Shown here: one piece after another, positions 8,090-15,713 of the stretch
Numbering within the stretch: position 1 is the stretch's first letter
Layout: each line of letters opens with the position of its first letter
Source: Deltaproteobacteria bacterium TL4
Lineage (GTDB): Bacteria > SAR324 > NAC60-12
Direction of reading: 5' to 3'
Length of the DNA: 15,770 bases
Assembly (NCBI GenBank): GCA_051382335.1
Contig: JBBCAX010000355.1
Span: forward strand, 1-15,770
The notes under the pieces: generated by a model
What the model was told of the DNA's origin: nothing
What the model saw: the letters and a program-made list of their open reading frames with translations, nothing else
Databases searched by the model: none
Translations under genes and position numbers: made by a program

Positions 8090-8410
8090 ATGCATGCCAC
8101 AGCTAAAGATTTAAAGAGTCACACAAAAGAGATACTGGATAGGGCATCCGGCGGGGAGGAAGTGATTGTTACTTATAAAGGAAAGCCCTATGTTAAAATT
8201 GTTCCTTTCCACCAGCATTCAGAGCTAACAAAGGCTTCTCCAAAAAAATTGGCGCTTTTTGGAATATGGAAGAATCACGAGGCCAGTGAAGATGTATCCG
8301 CACTGCTGCACAAAATGACTTTGGAGATTCATGGTGTTCGTCAGGCGATGATCTCAGAACACACTCACACCATCCTGTTTGAATTGATGAAGTTCAGGCA
8401 TTTCAAATGA
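8090..8410 (+). CDS. Phd/YefM (prevent-host-death) antitoxin fused in frame to a HEPN-toxin fragment
   Basis: N-terminal 'ATAKDLKSHTKEILDRASGGEEVIVTYKGKPYVKIVP...LFGIW' is Phd/YefM-like. From about 8303 the sequence (LLHKMTLEI...FELMKFRHFK) is paralogous to 15153..15713. Confidence 0.8.
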   Translation: MHATAKDLKSHTKEILDRASGGEEVIVTYKGKPYVKIVPFHQHSELTKASPKKLALFGIWKNHEASEDVSALLHKMTLEIHGVRQAMISEHTHTILFELMKFRHFK

Positions 8411-8557
8411 CATTATTTTGAGTTTGAATATGATTGGGAAAAACTGGATTATCTCGAAAAAAAGTACCTTCAGGCGATGTCCTGTTTCCAGCAGGATATT
8501 GCAGAATTTGAAATGTTTTTGTTGAGTCTTCAACAGACCAATCATTCTGATATATAA
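8303..8557 (+). pseudogene. HEPN (HepT-like) toxin pseudogene, 3' half, copy 1
   Basis: Aligns to the 15153..15713 gene. CGA>TGA nonsense change at 8408-8410; the frame then continues HYFEFEYDWEKLDYLEKKYLQ...SDI to TAA at 8555-8557. Confidence 0.9.
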
Positions 8558-9183
8558 TGGAGAAATGTATGAAAGAAAAACAACGTTCATTTTCCAGTTT
8601 TACACTACGAGAAGCCTTTGAATACGTTCAATGCTCCAATATCTTGCCGTGGCATCCTGAGATGTTGTCTATTCAAGTTTCAGATTTTTTTTTGCAACGT
8701 ATCAGACGTCTTGAAGAGTGCTTTGATCTGGTCACCTCCGAACGTGCAAAGGAACTCTTGATTGATGCCGTATTAGAGGAAATACTGATCCATCATCATG
8801 GGTTAAAAGCCTGGAAGGCGGCACCTTTGAATGGAGAAAAAGCAAAGGGAGCGGTTGATTACCTGTTGGCACCCTCTCGTGGCTATCTGGCAACTCCTTT
8901 TTTATGTATTGTAGAGGCAAAAAAGGATGATTTTACACAAGGACAGGCTCAATGTCTTGTTGAAATGAGGGAATGTCAGTGGAATAATCAACATGAAGGT
9001 TTTGTTCTTGATGTCTATGGGTGTGTCAGTAACGGGAAAATATGGGAATTTTATAAAATGGAAAAGACTCATATAATTTATGGAACTTCGGCCTTTACTT
9101 TGAGTGAGCCTTCCCGATTGTTAGGGGTTTTAGAATTTATTCTGAAGGCCTGCGATGCAGAATTGGCAACAATCGTCAGGTAA
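8557..9183 (+). CDS. Conserved hypothetical protein with a restriction-endonuclease-like (PD-(D/E)XK) motif
   Basis: 'GAVDYLLA...LCIVEAKKDDFTQGQAQCLVEM...YGCVSNGKIWEF' gives a D...EAK core plus AQ and SNG..W.F motifs, as in HsdR-N-like domains. ATG overlaps the upstream stop (TAATG); alternative start at 8569. Confidence 0.65.
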   Translation: MEKCMKEKQRSFSSFTLREAFEYVQCSNILPWHPEMLSIQVSDFFLQRIRRLEECFDLVTSERAKELLIDAVLEEILIHHHGLKAWKAAPLNGEKAKGAVDYLLAPSRGYLATPFLCIVEAKKDDFTQGQAQCLVEMRECQWNNQHEGFVLDVYGCVSNGKIWEFYKMEKTHIIYGTSAFTLSEPSRLLGVLEFILKACDAELATIVR

Positions 9184-9255
9184 CTACTATAGTCAAAAAT
9201 TGATCTGGAAATAGAGGATAGGTGTCAATAAATATTCAGTAAGCCTTAAAGAGTA

Positions 9256-9595
9256 TTTTATACCTGTCTGGAAACATTATTTCTGAAAATTTCTCAATTT
9301 TTTGAAAACAATCTGCCTCCCCATCGCTGGCATACAGAGCTATTGCACAAAATGACTCTGGAAATTCGGGGAGTATGTAAAGCTGTGATTTCAGAACACA
9401 CTCCACCATCCTGTTTGAATTGATGAAGTTCAGACATTTCAAACGACATTATTTTGAGTTTGAATATGATTGGGAAAAACTGGATTATCTGGAAAAAAGT
9501 ACCTTCAGGCGATGTCCTGTTTCCAGCAGGATATTGCAGAATTTGAAATGTTTTTATTAGATATTCAGAAGGCCAACGAAATCAGAATGGGGTAA
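9256..9595 (+). pseudogene. HEPN (HepT-like) toxin pseudogene, 5'-truncated, copy 2
   Basis: Reads FYTCLETLFLKISQFFENNLPPHRWHTELLHKMTLEI..., nearly identical to the protein of 15153..15713. Two single-base deletions (near 9403, and a 6-A run at 9493-9498 versus 7 A in copy 1). Ends at TAA 9593-9595. Confidence 0.9.
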
Positions 9596-9626
9596 GGGGT
9601 TAACTCATCCCGTTCATCTGAAACAT

Positions 9627-10163
9627 ATGACAAAAGAAGAACTTTTTCGTCAAGTTCGTAAGAGCTACAAGAGCTGCATCAACTGGGGAAAAAAGAATTT
9701 AAAGATTGAATGCCTTGATCATCAAACAATTACGAAGGATGCCATCGAACAATTTCATCAGTTACATGTTCAGGCTGCTGGCAGAGAAACACGGTCAGAT
9801 CATAGTTGGAACGCTCAATATGAAATGGTGAAAGCTCAAGAAGCCTTTGTTATTTTGGGCTGGTTGGATGGAAAACTGGAAACAGCGGCGTTGTTTCCTT
9901 GTAGCTCCCGATATTGCTATTATGGGGTTTCTGCTTCGAATCGTGATTTGTTCGAAAAGCCCTTGTCTCACGCGATTTTATGGGAAGCAATCCTCTATGC
10001 TAAAGAAAGAGGATGTCTCTTTTTTGAGACAGGGTCTCAACTCTTTCCACAGCAACCATCGGTTGCTCACACAAAGGAACTCAATATCAGTGCTTTCAAA
10101 CACGGGTTTGGAGGAAAAACCTTTGTGCGTTTGAATATTTTGTGGCAGTATTTTGAGGTGTAA
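9627..10163 (+). pseudogene. C-terminal half of a FemAB-like GNAT, paralog of 6394..7458; probably 5'-truncated but could still be translated
   Basis: Shares RQVRKSYKS.INWGKKNL, ETRS, YCYYGVSASNRDLF.KPLSHAILW and KELNIS.FKHG.GG with 6394..7458 but lacks its first ~155 aa. Confidence 0.7.
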
Positions 10164-10188
10164 GCCTCAAACGGGTTCTCAACAATCT

Positions 10189-10355
10189 GGGCATGATCAT
10201 AAAATGGGTCATCGTAATACCTCCTCGTTACGAGTCTCTGCCTCGGAATGCAGATTCGCAAGGCTCTGCCTTGCTTACGGAAGCAGAGCATCCGGATAAG
10301 CATTCCAATGCATAACCTTGGAACGAGCTCTGTGACAGAACTTACAACCAAGCCC
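10189..10355. mobile_element. 167-bp MITE-like element with an 8-bp target-site duplication
   Basis: Ends GGGCATGATCATAAAATG (10189-10206) and GAACTTACAACCAAGCCC (10338-10355) form an imperfect IR (11/18). Flanks are AACAATCT (10181-10188) and AACAGTCT (10356-10363), 7/8 identical. The right end matches 15644-15661 at 17/18 in inverted orientation. Confidence 0.65.
10224..10327. repeat. REP-like palindromic doublet (CTCGTT...GCTCTGC...GCAGAGC...GGAACGAG type)
   Basis: 28-bp arms 10224-10251 and 10300-10327 are 21/28 complementary, with an inner hairpin GCAAGG-CTCTG-CCTTGC and a GCTCTGC/GCAGAGC pair. Resembles a widespread extragenic palindrome family. Confidence 0.75.
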
Positions 10356-10356
10356 A

Positions 10357-10474
10357 ACAGTCTTTTTTTAGTAATCTGATTTTATTGGGTAATTAATTGG
10401 ACATTTTAAATCCCCCAAAAAACAGCAAAGCCTGATAAATAGCTGAATACAAAATGTCCATTTAAAAAGACTGT
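10357..10474. repeat. Nested inverted repeats, possible second miniature element
   Basis: ACAGTCTTTTT (10357-10367) pairs with AAAAAGACTGT (10464-10474), and TGGACATTTT (10398-10407) pairs with AAAATGTCCA (10451-10460). Confidence 0.5.
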
Positions 10475-10494
10475 AAAGAGCCGATCAAAGTTTT

Positions 10495-10523
10495 TTAAAA
10501 ACAATAGATTGATAACCTATAAT
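10495..10523 (+). promoter_or_regulatory. Possible sigma70-type promoter for the 10597 operon
   Basis: TTAAAA (10495-10500), a 17-nt spacer and TATAAT (10518-10523), 73 nt before the 10597 ATG. The AT-rich context makes a chance match plausible. Confidence 0.3.
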
Positions 10524-10596
10524 GTGCAGTAATAAATCAAATTTTACTAAACCTACCTGTTTCAATGTGGGTTGATAACTATTAATTAGAGGGTAT

Positions 10597-11760
10597 ATGT
10601 CCTTTCATCCTAAAATTACGCCTACATATACTATGGAAGAGGCTGAGGAAGCCATGTCAATTTCCTTGAAATCGTTTTATCCTGCAGGTCACGATACCGA
10701 CACCTTAAAAATCTGGAGACATAAATGGTTTAGTGATCCCAGCTTTAATTTGGGAATGCTGTATGTTGTAAGAAATGATCAAAATATTATTATTGGTGGA
10801 CTCAAAACTATATCTCGTATTTTGAAACGAGGTGAGCAACAGTTGAGAATGTTTGGTATTGGTGAGATTTTTATTGAACCCTCCTATCAGGGAAAAGGAA
10901 TTACCACTCCATTGGTTCAATATGTGATAAGCGAAGGACAAAAACAAGGATATGATATTATGACATGTGTTGCAAGGAAGCGGATTGATTATTTTTACTT
11001 AAAATTTGGCCTTTTTGGACTCAGTTCATATAATGAGATTATTTTAAAGGGATTCAGAGAAAATTATGAGTTACATGAAAAATTATCTCTTGTACAGTTT
11101 AAACCTGATTACATGAATCGAATTAAGCAACTATATGATCAAGCTTATTCTAATACTTTTGGTGTTATCCAAAGGGAGGATCACCATTGGAAATTTATAC
11201 TTGAAAAATTTGATTATTTACACTGCACAATGCATATTCTTTTTAAAGAAAACAATTTGGTAGGATATTTTATAAAAAATGAGGATAAAATAATTGAAAT
11301 CGCTATTGATCCTCAAATTAATCTGGTAGATGCCATTAATTTTATTTGGAAATACTATTTTCTACCAAAAAAACAAAATGAAATCATTCTACAAATCGCA
11401 CACACTCACTCATTATTGCAGGAAGATTTAAAGTTAGATGTAACTTTAAAAACAAGGGAATGTTACTACGGGGGACATATTGTAAAAATATTAAATATTA
11501 ACAATATGATAACATTATATAAACAAAGAACTGAAAAATTTTTAAGACAAAAATCAATTTGTAATTTTTTCCATCAGATAGGAAACCTTCGTGTGACATG
11601 GGACGGTAGGGAAATGATTGTTTCTTTCCCAGAAGGTATTGAACTCTCATATCAAGAGACTTCTTTCTTACTAGGTATATCTACCGTTTATAACCAGCAA
11701 GATGATTGGATGTTTCCTAGAAGATTGCCGTTTAATTTATTGGAATTAGATACATTTTAG
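10597..11760 (+). CDS. GNAT-family N-acetyltransferase (Eis-like, multi-domain)
   Basis: Motif A 'GIGEIFIEPSYQGKGIT..LV' and 'YFYLKFG', a second GNAT-like domain (IQRED.HW...VGYFI), and a GAGGG RBS upstream. Confidence 0.75.
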   Translation: MSFHPKITPTYTMEEAEEAMSISLKSFYPAGHDTDTLKIWRHKWFSDPSFNLGMLYVVRNDQNIIIGGLKTISRILKRGEQQLRMFGIGEIFIEPSYQGKGITTPLVQYVISEGQKQGYDIMTCVARKRIDYFYLKFGLFGLSSYNEIILKGFRENYELHEKLSLVQFKPDYMNRIKQLYDQAYSNTFGVIQREDHHWKFILEKFDYLHCTMHILFKENNLVGYFIKNEDKIIEIAIDPQINLVDAINFIWKYYFLPKKQNEIILQIAHTHSLLQEDLKLDVTLKTRECYYGGHIVKILNINNMITLYKQRTEKFLRQKSICNFFHQIGNLRVTWDGREMIVSFPEGIELSYQETSFLLGISTVYNQQDDWMFPRRLPFNLLELDTF

Positions 11761-11850
11761 ATTCTTTGATAATTCCCTTGATTATAATTATTTTGTTTTC
11801 AGGGTTGACATAATCAATTGAGATGGCTCTCTCAAAACAACGATATTGAT

Positions 11851-12858
11851 ATGCTTTCTATTTACCCGACAGTTCAACCAAGAGAATCCAGCGATAGAGG
11901 CGAAAATAATTTCTTTACTCTCCTCGCTCAGTTATTAGGTCAGAAGGTTTATCCTTTTTCCTCAGCCAGAGCCGGAATCGTTTTTGGGCTACAGGCGTTG
12001 GGAATGACACGAATGGATGAAATTCTGGTTCCTCCCTATTTAAGCCATTGTGTGATTTCAGCGTTAGCCAAAACTTCTTTTCCTGTTCTAAAGCCTTCAG
12101 AACGGACTAAAGCTATTTTAGTCTATCATCAATTGGGTTTTCCTCAACACTTGAATCAGATTGAAGAAGAAGCACGGAAGCATGGATGGTGGATTGTTAA
12201 TAATTGTGTCAACACCTTGTTTTCTCGTTATCAAGAACAATTTCTTGCAGAATGGGGTGATTTCACAGTCTTTAGTTTTTCAAAACTTTATCCCTGTAAC
12301 TTAGGGGGAGGCTTGTTATCAAATCATGATTTAATTCATAAGAGACTGGAACAGGACTATCCTATTTTATCTGAACAACATTTATATCGTTCTCGAGAGG
12401 CCTATGAAATGCTCTTAAGAACTAAACAACATTTAAGGGGAGTCGAAGATGCTTTTGATGTCAATGCTGTCTATGGATACTTGCCAGATTTAATAGCATT
12501 CCCTCCTCAAGCGGGAGGGTTCCTCCCTTGTACCCTTGAAGAAATTCAACAAGATCGTGACCGAAGAAGAAAGTTGTTAAGCATTCTACAAAATTACTTT
12601 CCTGATTCAATTGCTGTTGTTACAGAGTCGGATATAGTTCCTTTTGCCATTCCTGTTAGAACCAAAGGGAAGCCTTTAGAGCCAATTGAACAGATCACAA
12701 AACAGTTAAATATTGAACTCCCGATTCTGCATTTTGATTTTGCTCAGAATATGTTGAATCCAAATTATGAAAAATCTTTTATATTTGGAGCTCATCCTGG
12801 CTGGTCAGAAGATAGAGTTAACTCACTGTGTCAATGGATTCAACAAACAATGAACTAA
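11851..12858 (+). CDS. Divergent DegT/DnrJ/EryC1/StrS-like PLP-dependent enzyme
   Basis: 'SSARAGI..GLQALG..RMDEILVPPYL', 'TKAILVYHQLGFP' and 'GDFTVFSFSK..PCNLGGGL' (Schiff-base Lys region). ATG 11851 is preferred over TTG 11818. Confidence 0.7.
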   Translation: MLSIYPTVQPRESSDRGENNFFTLLAQLLGQKVYPFSSARAGIVFGLQALGMTRMDEILVPPYLSHCVISALAKTSFPVLKPSERTKAILVYHQLGFPQHLNQIEEEARKHGWWIVNNCVNTLFSRYQEQFLAEWGDFTVFSFSKLYPCNLGGGLLSNHDLIHKRLEQDYPILSEQHLYRSREAYEMLLRTKQHLRGVEDAFDVNAVYGYLPDLIAFPPQAGGFLPCTLEEIQQDRDRRRKLLSILQNYFPDSIAVVTESDIVPFAIPVRTKGKPLEPIEQITKQLNIELPILHFDFAQNMLNPNYEKSFIFGAHPGWSEDRVNSLCQWIQQTMN

Positions 12859-12870
12859 GAGAATACCATT

Positions 12871-14805
12871 ATGAATCTTATCTTTGAATCGTTTCAAAGT
12901 TGGCATGTAATCATTCTTTTGCTGAATTTATATCGCAGAAAAAAGTGCAATATTTATATCATGGATTCCTATCCAGCGATTCATCATCAGGATACTTTTA
13001 ACTTAAATCACTCTTTTTTATCCAAGCTAACAAAAAAACTTCTTACCTATTATAACTTTTCTTATTTGGAGCCTAAAAAGATTCAGGCTGAGAAAATTTT
13101 TACAATTTCTAATGATAAAGCAGTGGATCTAGTCGAAAGTATTTATCCTCGGTATGAACTGGACCACAAATCAATCATTCAATTTGCAGTGAAGGTCACT
13201 CAATCTGAAAATGTCAAAAATTTGTTTAAAAAAAGACTTTGTGAACGGCTTGCTTGCTTCTTTTCTGTGAATATTCTTATGGAAAGTATTATCAAGTATT
13301 TTCCCAACGAAAAATGCTTGGTTGATCCTGTGGTGGACATTATTGAATATGAATACATAGCTAGACTTTTAAAAGCCGAGGGGTGTTCTGTTTTTGAAAG
13401 TGACTTGGTGCAATTTCCTAAATATTTGTTTATTGTGAGTTTTATAAAAAAACTTAAACAATGGAGCCTCTTATTTATTAAAGTTTTAGCTCAAACTTTG
13501 GCAAGTTGCGTTTTTAAGACTCAACATTCAATTCCCCCTACAGCATCAAGGAAAATTGGAATTAATTTAGTTGGACCACGTCAATTACAGGATGCTTCTC
13601 GCAGTGCAACATTTTTTATAGATAACAAAACTCTTCAATTCAAAGACTGTCTGGTTATTACCAAAATGGATGTATCCATTTTATACCAACAATCTTTAAC
13701 GGATAAAGGTGGAGCTATTTATCGTCTGCCAAAAAGATATTTTGGATATAAGGAAAAATGGCTTTCCTTATTGTTCTTAAATTTATCTGGATGCTATGAA
13801 GAACTATTTCTTACCTCAAAAATAATATTTTATTATTTTTTATGGTTTGATTTAGTCCAGAAACTTTCTTTGAAACTATATGTCACCCATTGTGATTTTT
13901 CTGACACTGGGATTATAAGAAATTTAGGTTTTAATAAATTTAATATTCAAACTTGGTATTTTACGGATTCTATAAACTCTGGATTTCCCCAACAATCAAC
14001 GACACAAAGGTTTAGGCATCCATTTTGGAGTTATTTGGGATATGATCACCTTGTTACCTGGAGTCAAGGTGTAGCAAATTATCATAAAAGCCATCCTTCT
14101 TCATTTGAAAATATTCATGTCATAGGATGTTTGTGGAGTAGTTTGGTTTCAAAAAAACAATTTGTTTCAGAGACTAACAACAAATCTTTAAAAAACTCCT
14201 TTATGATAGGTGTTTTTGATTCAAGCTATATCAAAAATGCTGTGTCTGATTTTAAAGACGCGATCCTGTTTGTGCAACATATATCAATGCTTCTGGAAGA
14301 TTTTCCGGATGTTCATGTGATTTTCAAAGAAAAAAAAGCCAGATCCTTTCATCAGCTTGTTGCGGATGCTGAAGACGCAGACACTTTAAACTCGTTACTT
14401 AAAAAACTGGATGATCATCCACGCGCAACTCTAAACATATTTGCTTCAGATGGAATGGATTCTTCAAGTGGTTCAAAACAGGGAGCGTCAGACTTAATGG
14501 ATACATGTAACTTTGTGATTTCATTCCCCTTCACTTCTACTACTTTTGAATTTCTCTCATTAAATCGTCCTGCAATTTGGCATTCACCCAAAGCAGATGT
14601 TAGAGATAAATTATTTGCAAAAGCGGGTTTTGTGACTCATGGATACCTTGAATTAAAACAAATGGTTGAGAATATAAAACGAAATCCTGGTTATTTAGAT
14701 AAAAACATAACTGCCAATCCTGAGTTGTTGGATCCATTTCGAGATGGCAAAGCCTTGGAACGTTTTCAAAAACTGTTATTTGAATCCATGACTGTTCATG
14801 ATTGA
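12871..14805 (+). CDS. Polysaccharide biosynthesis PFTS-motif protein
   Basis: C-terminal 'VISFPFTSTTFE', 'IGVFD', 'IFKEKK' and 'LDPFRDGKALERF' in a 644-aa protein, matching my recollection of the PFTS-motif family in O-antigen loci. Confidence 0.75.
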   Translation: MNLIFESFQSWHVIILLLNLYRRKKCNIYIMDSYPAIHHQDTFNLNHSFLSKLTKKLLTYYNFSYLEPKKIQAEKIFTISNDKAVDLVESIYPRYELDHKSIIQFAVKVTQSENVKNLFKKRLCERLACFFSVNILMESIIKYFPNEKCLVDPVVDIIEYEYIARLLKAEGCSVFESDLVQFPKYLFIVSFIKKLKQWSLLFIKVLAQTLASCVFKTQHSIPPTASRKIGINLVGPRQLQDASRSATFFIDNKTLQFKDCLVITKMDVSILYQQSLTDKGGAIYRLPKRYFGYKEKWLSLLFLNLSGCYEELFLTSKIIFYYFLWFDLVQKLSLKLYVTHCDFSDTGIIRNLGFNKFNIQTWYFTDSINSGFPQQSTTQRFRHPFWSYLGYDHLVTWSQGVANYHKSHPSSFENIHVIGCLWSSLVSKKQFVSETNNKSLKNSFMIGVFDSSYIKNAVSDFKDAILFVQHISMLLEDFPDVHVIFKEKKARSFHQLVADAEDADTLNSLLKKLDDHPRATLNIFASDGMDSSSGSKQGASDLMDTCNFVISFPFTSTTFEFLSLNRPAIWHSPKADVRDKLFAKAGFVTHGYLELKQMVENIKRNPGYLDKNITANPELLDPFRDGKALERFQKLLFESMTVHD

Positions 14806-15178
14806 TATCCAACAAGCCTCCAGGTTTATTGCCGAGAAACAGCGACGCTTAAGGCAACAGCGCCAGGTCTTATGGCAGCAGGCACAAGTTGATTTTCAGA
14901 AAATAGTAGATTGTCTGATTGAACGCTATCAGCCTCAACGGATTTACCAATGGGGTTCTTTACTGGATTCTTCTCGATTTTCAGAAATTTCAGATATAGA
15001 TTTGGCCATTGAAGGCATTGCCACCCCAGAAACCTATTTCAAAATTCTGAAAGATATTGAGGAGCTCTCAACTTTTCCTGTGGATCTGGTGAGACTTGAA
15101 ACGCTCACTCCTGAGAGAGCAAAAGATATTCGAGAAAAAGGACGATTGATTTATGACAGCTCAGACCATTCTCATTGA
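14798..15178 (+). CDS. Minimal nucleotidyltransferase (MNT/MntA-like antitoxin)
   Basis: 'IYQWGSLLDSSRFSEISDIDLAIEG' (GS...DxD) and 'FPVDLV' in 126 aa, directly upstream of a HEPN gene. Confidence 0.9.
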   Translation: MIDIQQASRFIAEKQRRLRQQRQVLWQQAQVDFQKIVDCLIERYQPQRIYQWGSLLDSSRFSEISDIDLAIEGIATPETYFKILKDIEELSTFPVDLVRLETLTPERAKDIREKGRLIYDSSDHSH

Positions 15179-15713
15179 TACGTTAGTGGATGAACTCCAT
15201 AAAACACAATTGGCGATTCAACGAATACAGTCCTTTTATGAAGAATTTAAAACAAAAGACATGGCCATTCTGGGACGTACTCGAACCACAGCAGTAGTCA
15301 TGGCAGAGATTTTTGTTGATTTTTATACTTGTCTGGAAACATTATTTTTGAAAACTTCTCAATTTTTTGAGAACAACCTGCCTCCCCATCGTTGGCATAC
15401 AGAATTATTACACAAAATGACCCTGGAAATTCAGAGTGTGCGTAAGGCTGTACTTTCAGAACATACCCATGCTTTGTTATTTGAATTGATGAAATTCAGG
15501 CATTTCAAACGACATTATTTTGAGTTTGAATATGATTGGGACAAACTGGATTATCTGGAAAAAAAATACCTTCAGGTTATTCCCTGTTTTTCACAGGATA
15601 TTAAAGAATTTGAGTCGTTTTTACTCAGACTTAATGAAATGACGGGCTTGGTCGTAAGTTCGGCCACCCCCTTAGAATCTAGCTTGCCCATGCCACAGCA
15701 TAATTTTCTCTGA
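15153..15713 (+). CDS. HEPN-domain (HepT-like) RNase toxin; the last ~22 aa derive from an inserted element end
   Basis: 'DFYTCLE.LF', 'WHTELLHKM' and 'FRHFKRH' (RX4H); overlaps the MNT gene by 26 nt. Confidence 0.85.
   Translation: MTAQTILIDTLVDELHKTQLAIQRIQSFYEEFKTKDMAILGRTRTTAVVMAEIFVDFYTCLETLFLKTSQFFENNLPPHRWHTELLHKMTLEIQSVRKAVLSEHTHALLFELMKFRHFKRHYFEFEYDWDKLDYLEKKYLQVIPCFSQDIKEFESFLLRLNEMTGLVVSSATPLESSLPMPQHNFL

Noticed and set aside
8408..8410. TGA as a recoded codon (selenocysteine or alternative genetic code)
   Set aside because: The paralogs have CGA (Arg) here, so it is a simple C>T change. TGA terminates other genes in the window (14805, 15178) and Trp is encoded by TGG.
9184..9255. 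ACTATAGT palindrome and GGTGTCAATAAAT as element ends at the truncation point of HEPN copy 2
   Set aside because: No partner repeat or target duplication was found, and the motifs are too short to support a call.
8354..9442. Minus-strand ORFs 8354..8590 and 9236..9442 as antisense genes
   Set aside because: They are reverse-frame shadows of the HEPN pseudogenes with no recognisable motifs.
7154..10134. Similar alternative-frame ORFs 7154..7432 and 9847..10134
   Set aside because: They are shadows of the duplicated GNAT genes; the shared DNA explains their similarity.
10152..10171. Hairpin TTTGAGG/CCTCAAA as an intrinsic terminator
   Set aside because: It overlaps the stop codon, the stem is weak, and no U-tract follows on the + strand.
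10067..10357. 96-aa minus-strand ORF sharing GLVVSS with the HEPN tail
   Set aside because: It runs through the MITE/REP; the shared peptide only reflects the shared terminal repeat DNA.
7450..10480. CRISPR array or integron attC cassette array
   Set aside because: There are no regularly spaced identical repeats. The palindromes are unrelated to each other and lack consistent RYYYAAC/GTTRRRY ends, and no cas or integrase gene is present.
11766..11833. TTGACA (11805) and TATAAT (11783) as a promoter
   Set aside because: They are in the wrong order and neither has a correctly spaced partner.
355..14815. Other short overlapping ORFs (355..552, 449..700, 3043..3282, 4537..4845, 5476..5658, 6430..6663, 6874..7107, 8732..8920, 10705..10947, 14600..14815)
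   Set aside because: All overlap longer genes with clear family motifs and show no independent coding evidence.
8303..15640. HEPN repeats as the template/variable repeats of a diversity-generating retroelement
   Set aside because: The differences are not adenine-specific, include indels, and no reverse transcriptase is present in the window.
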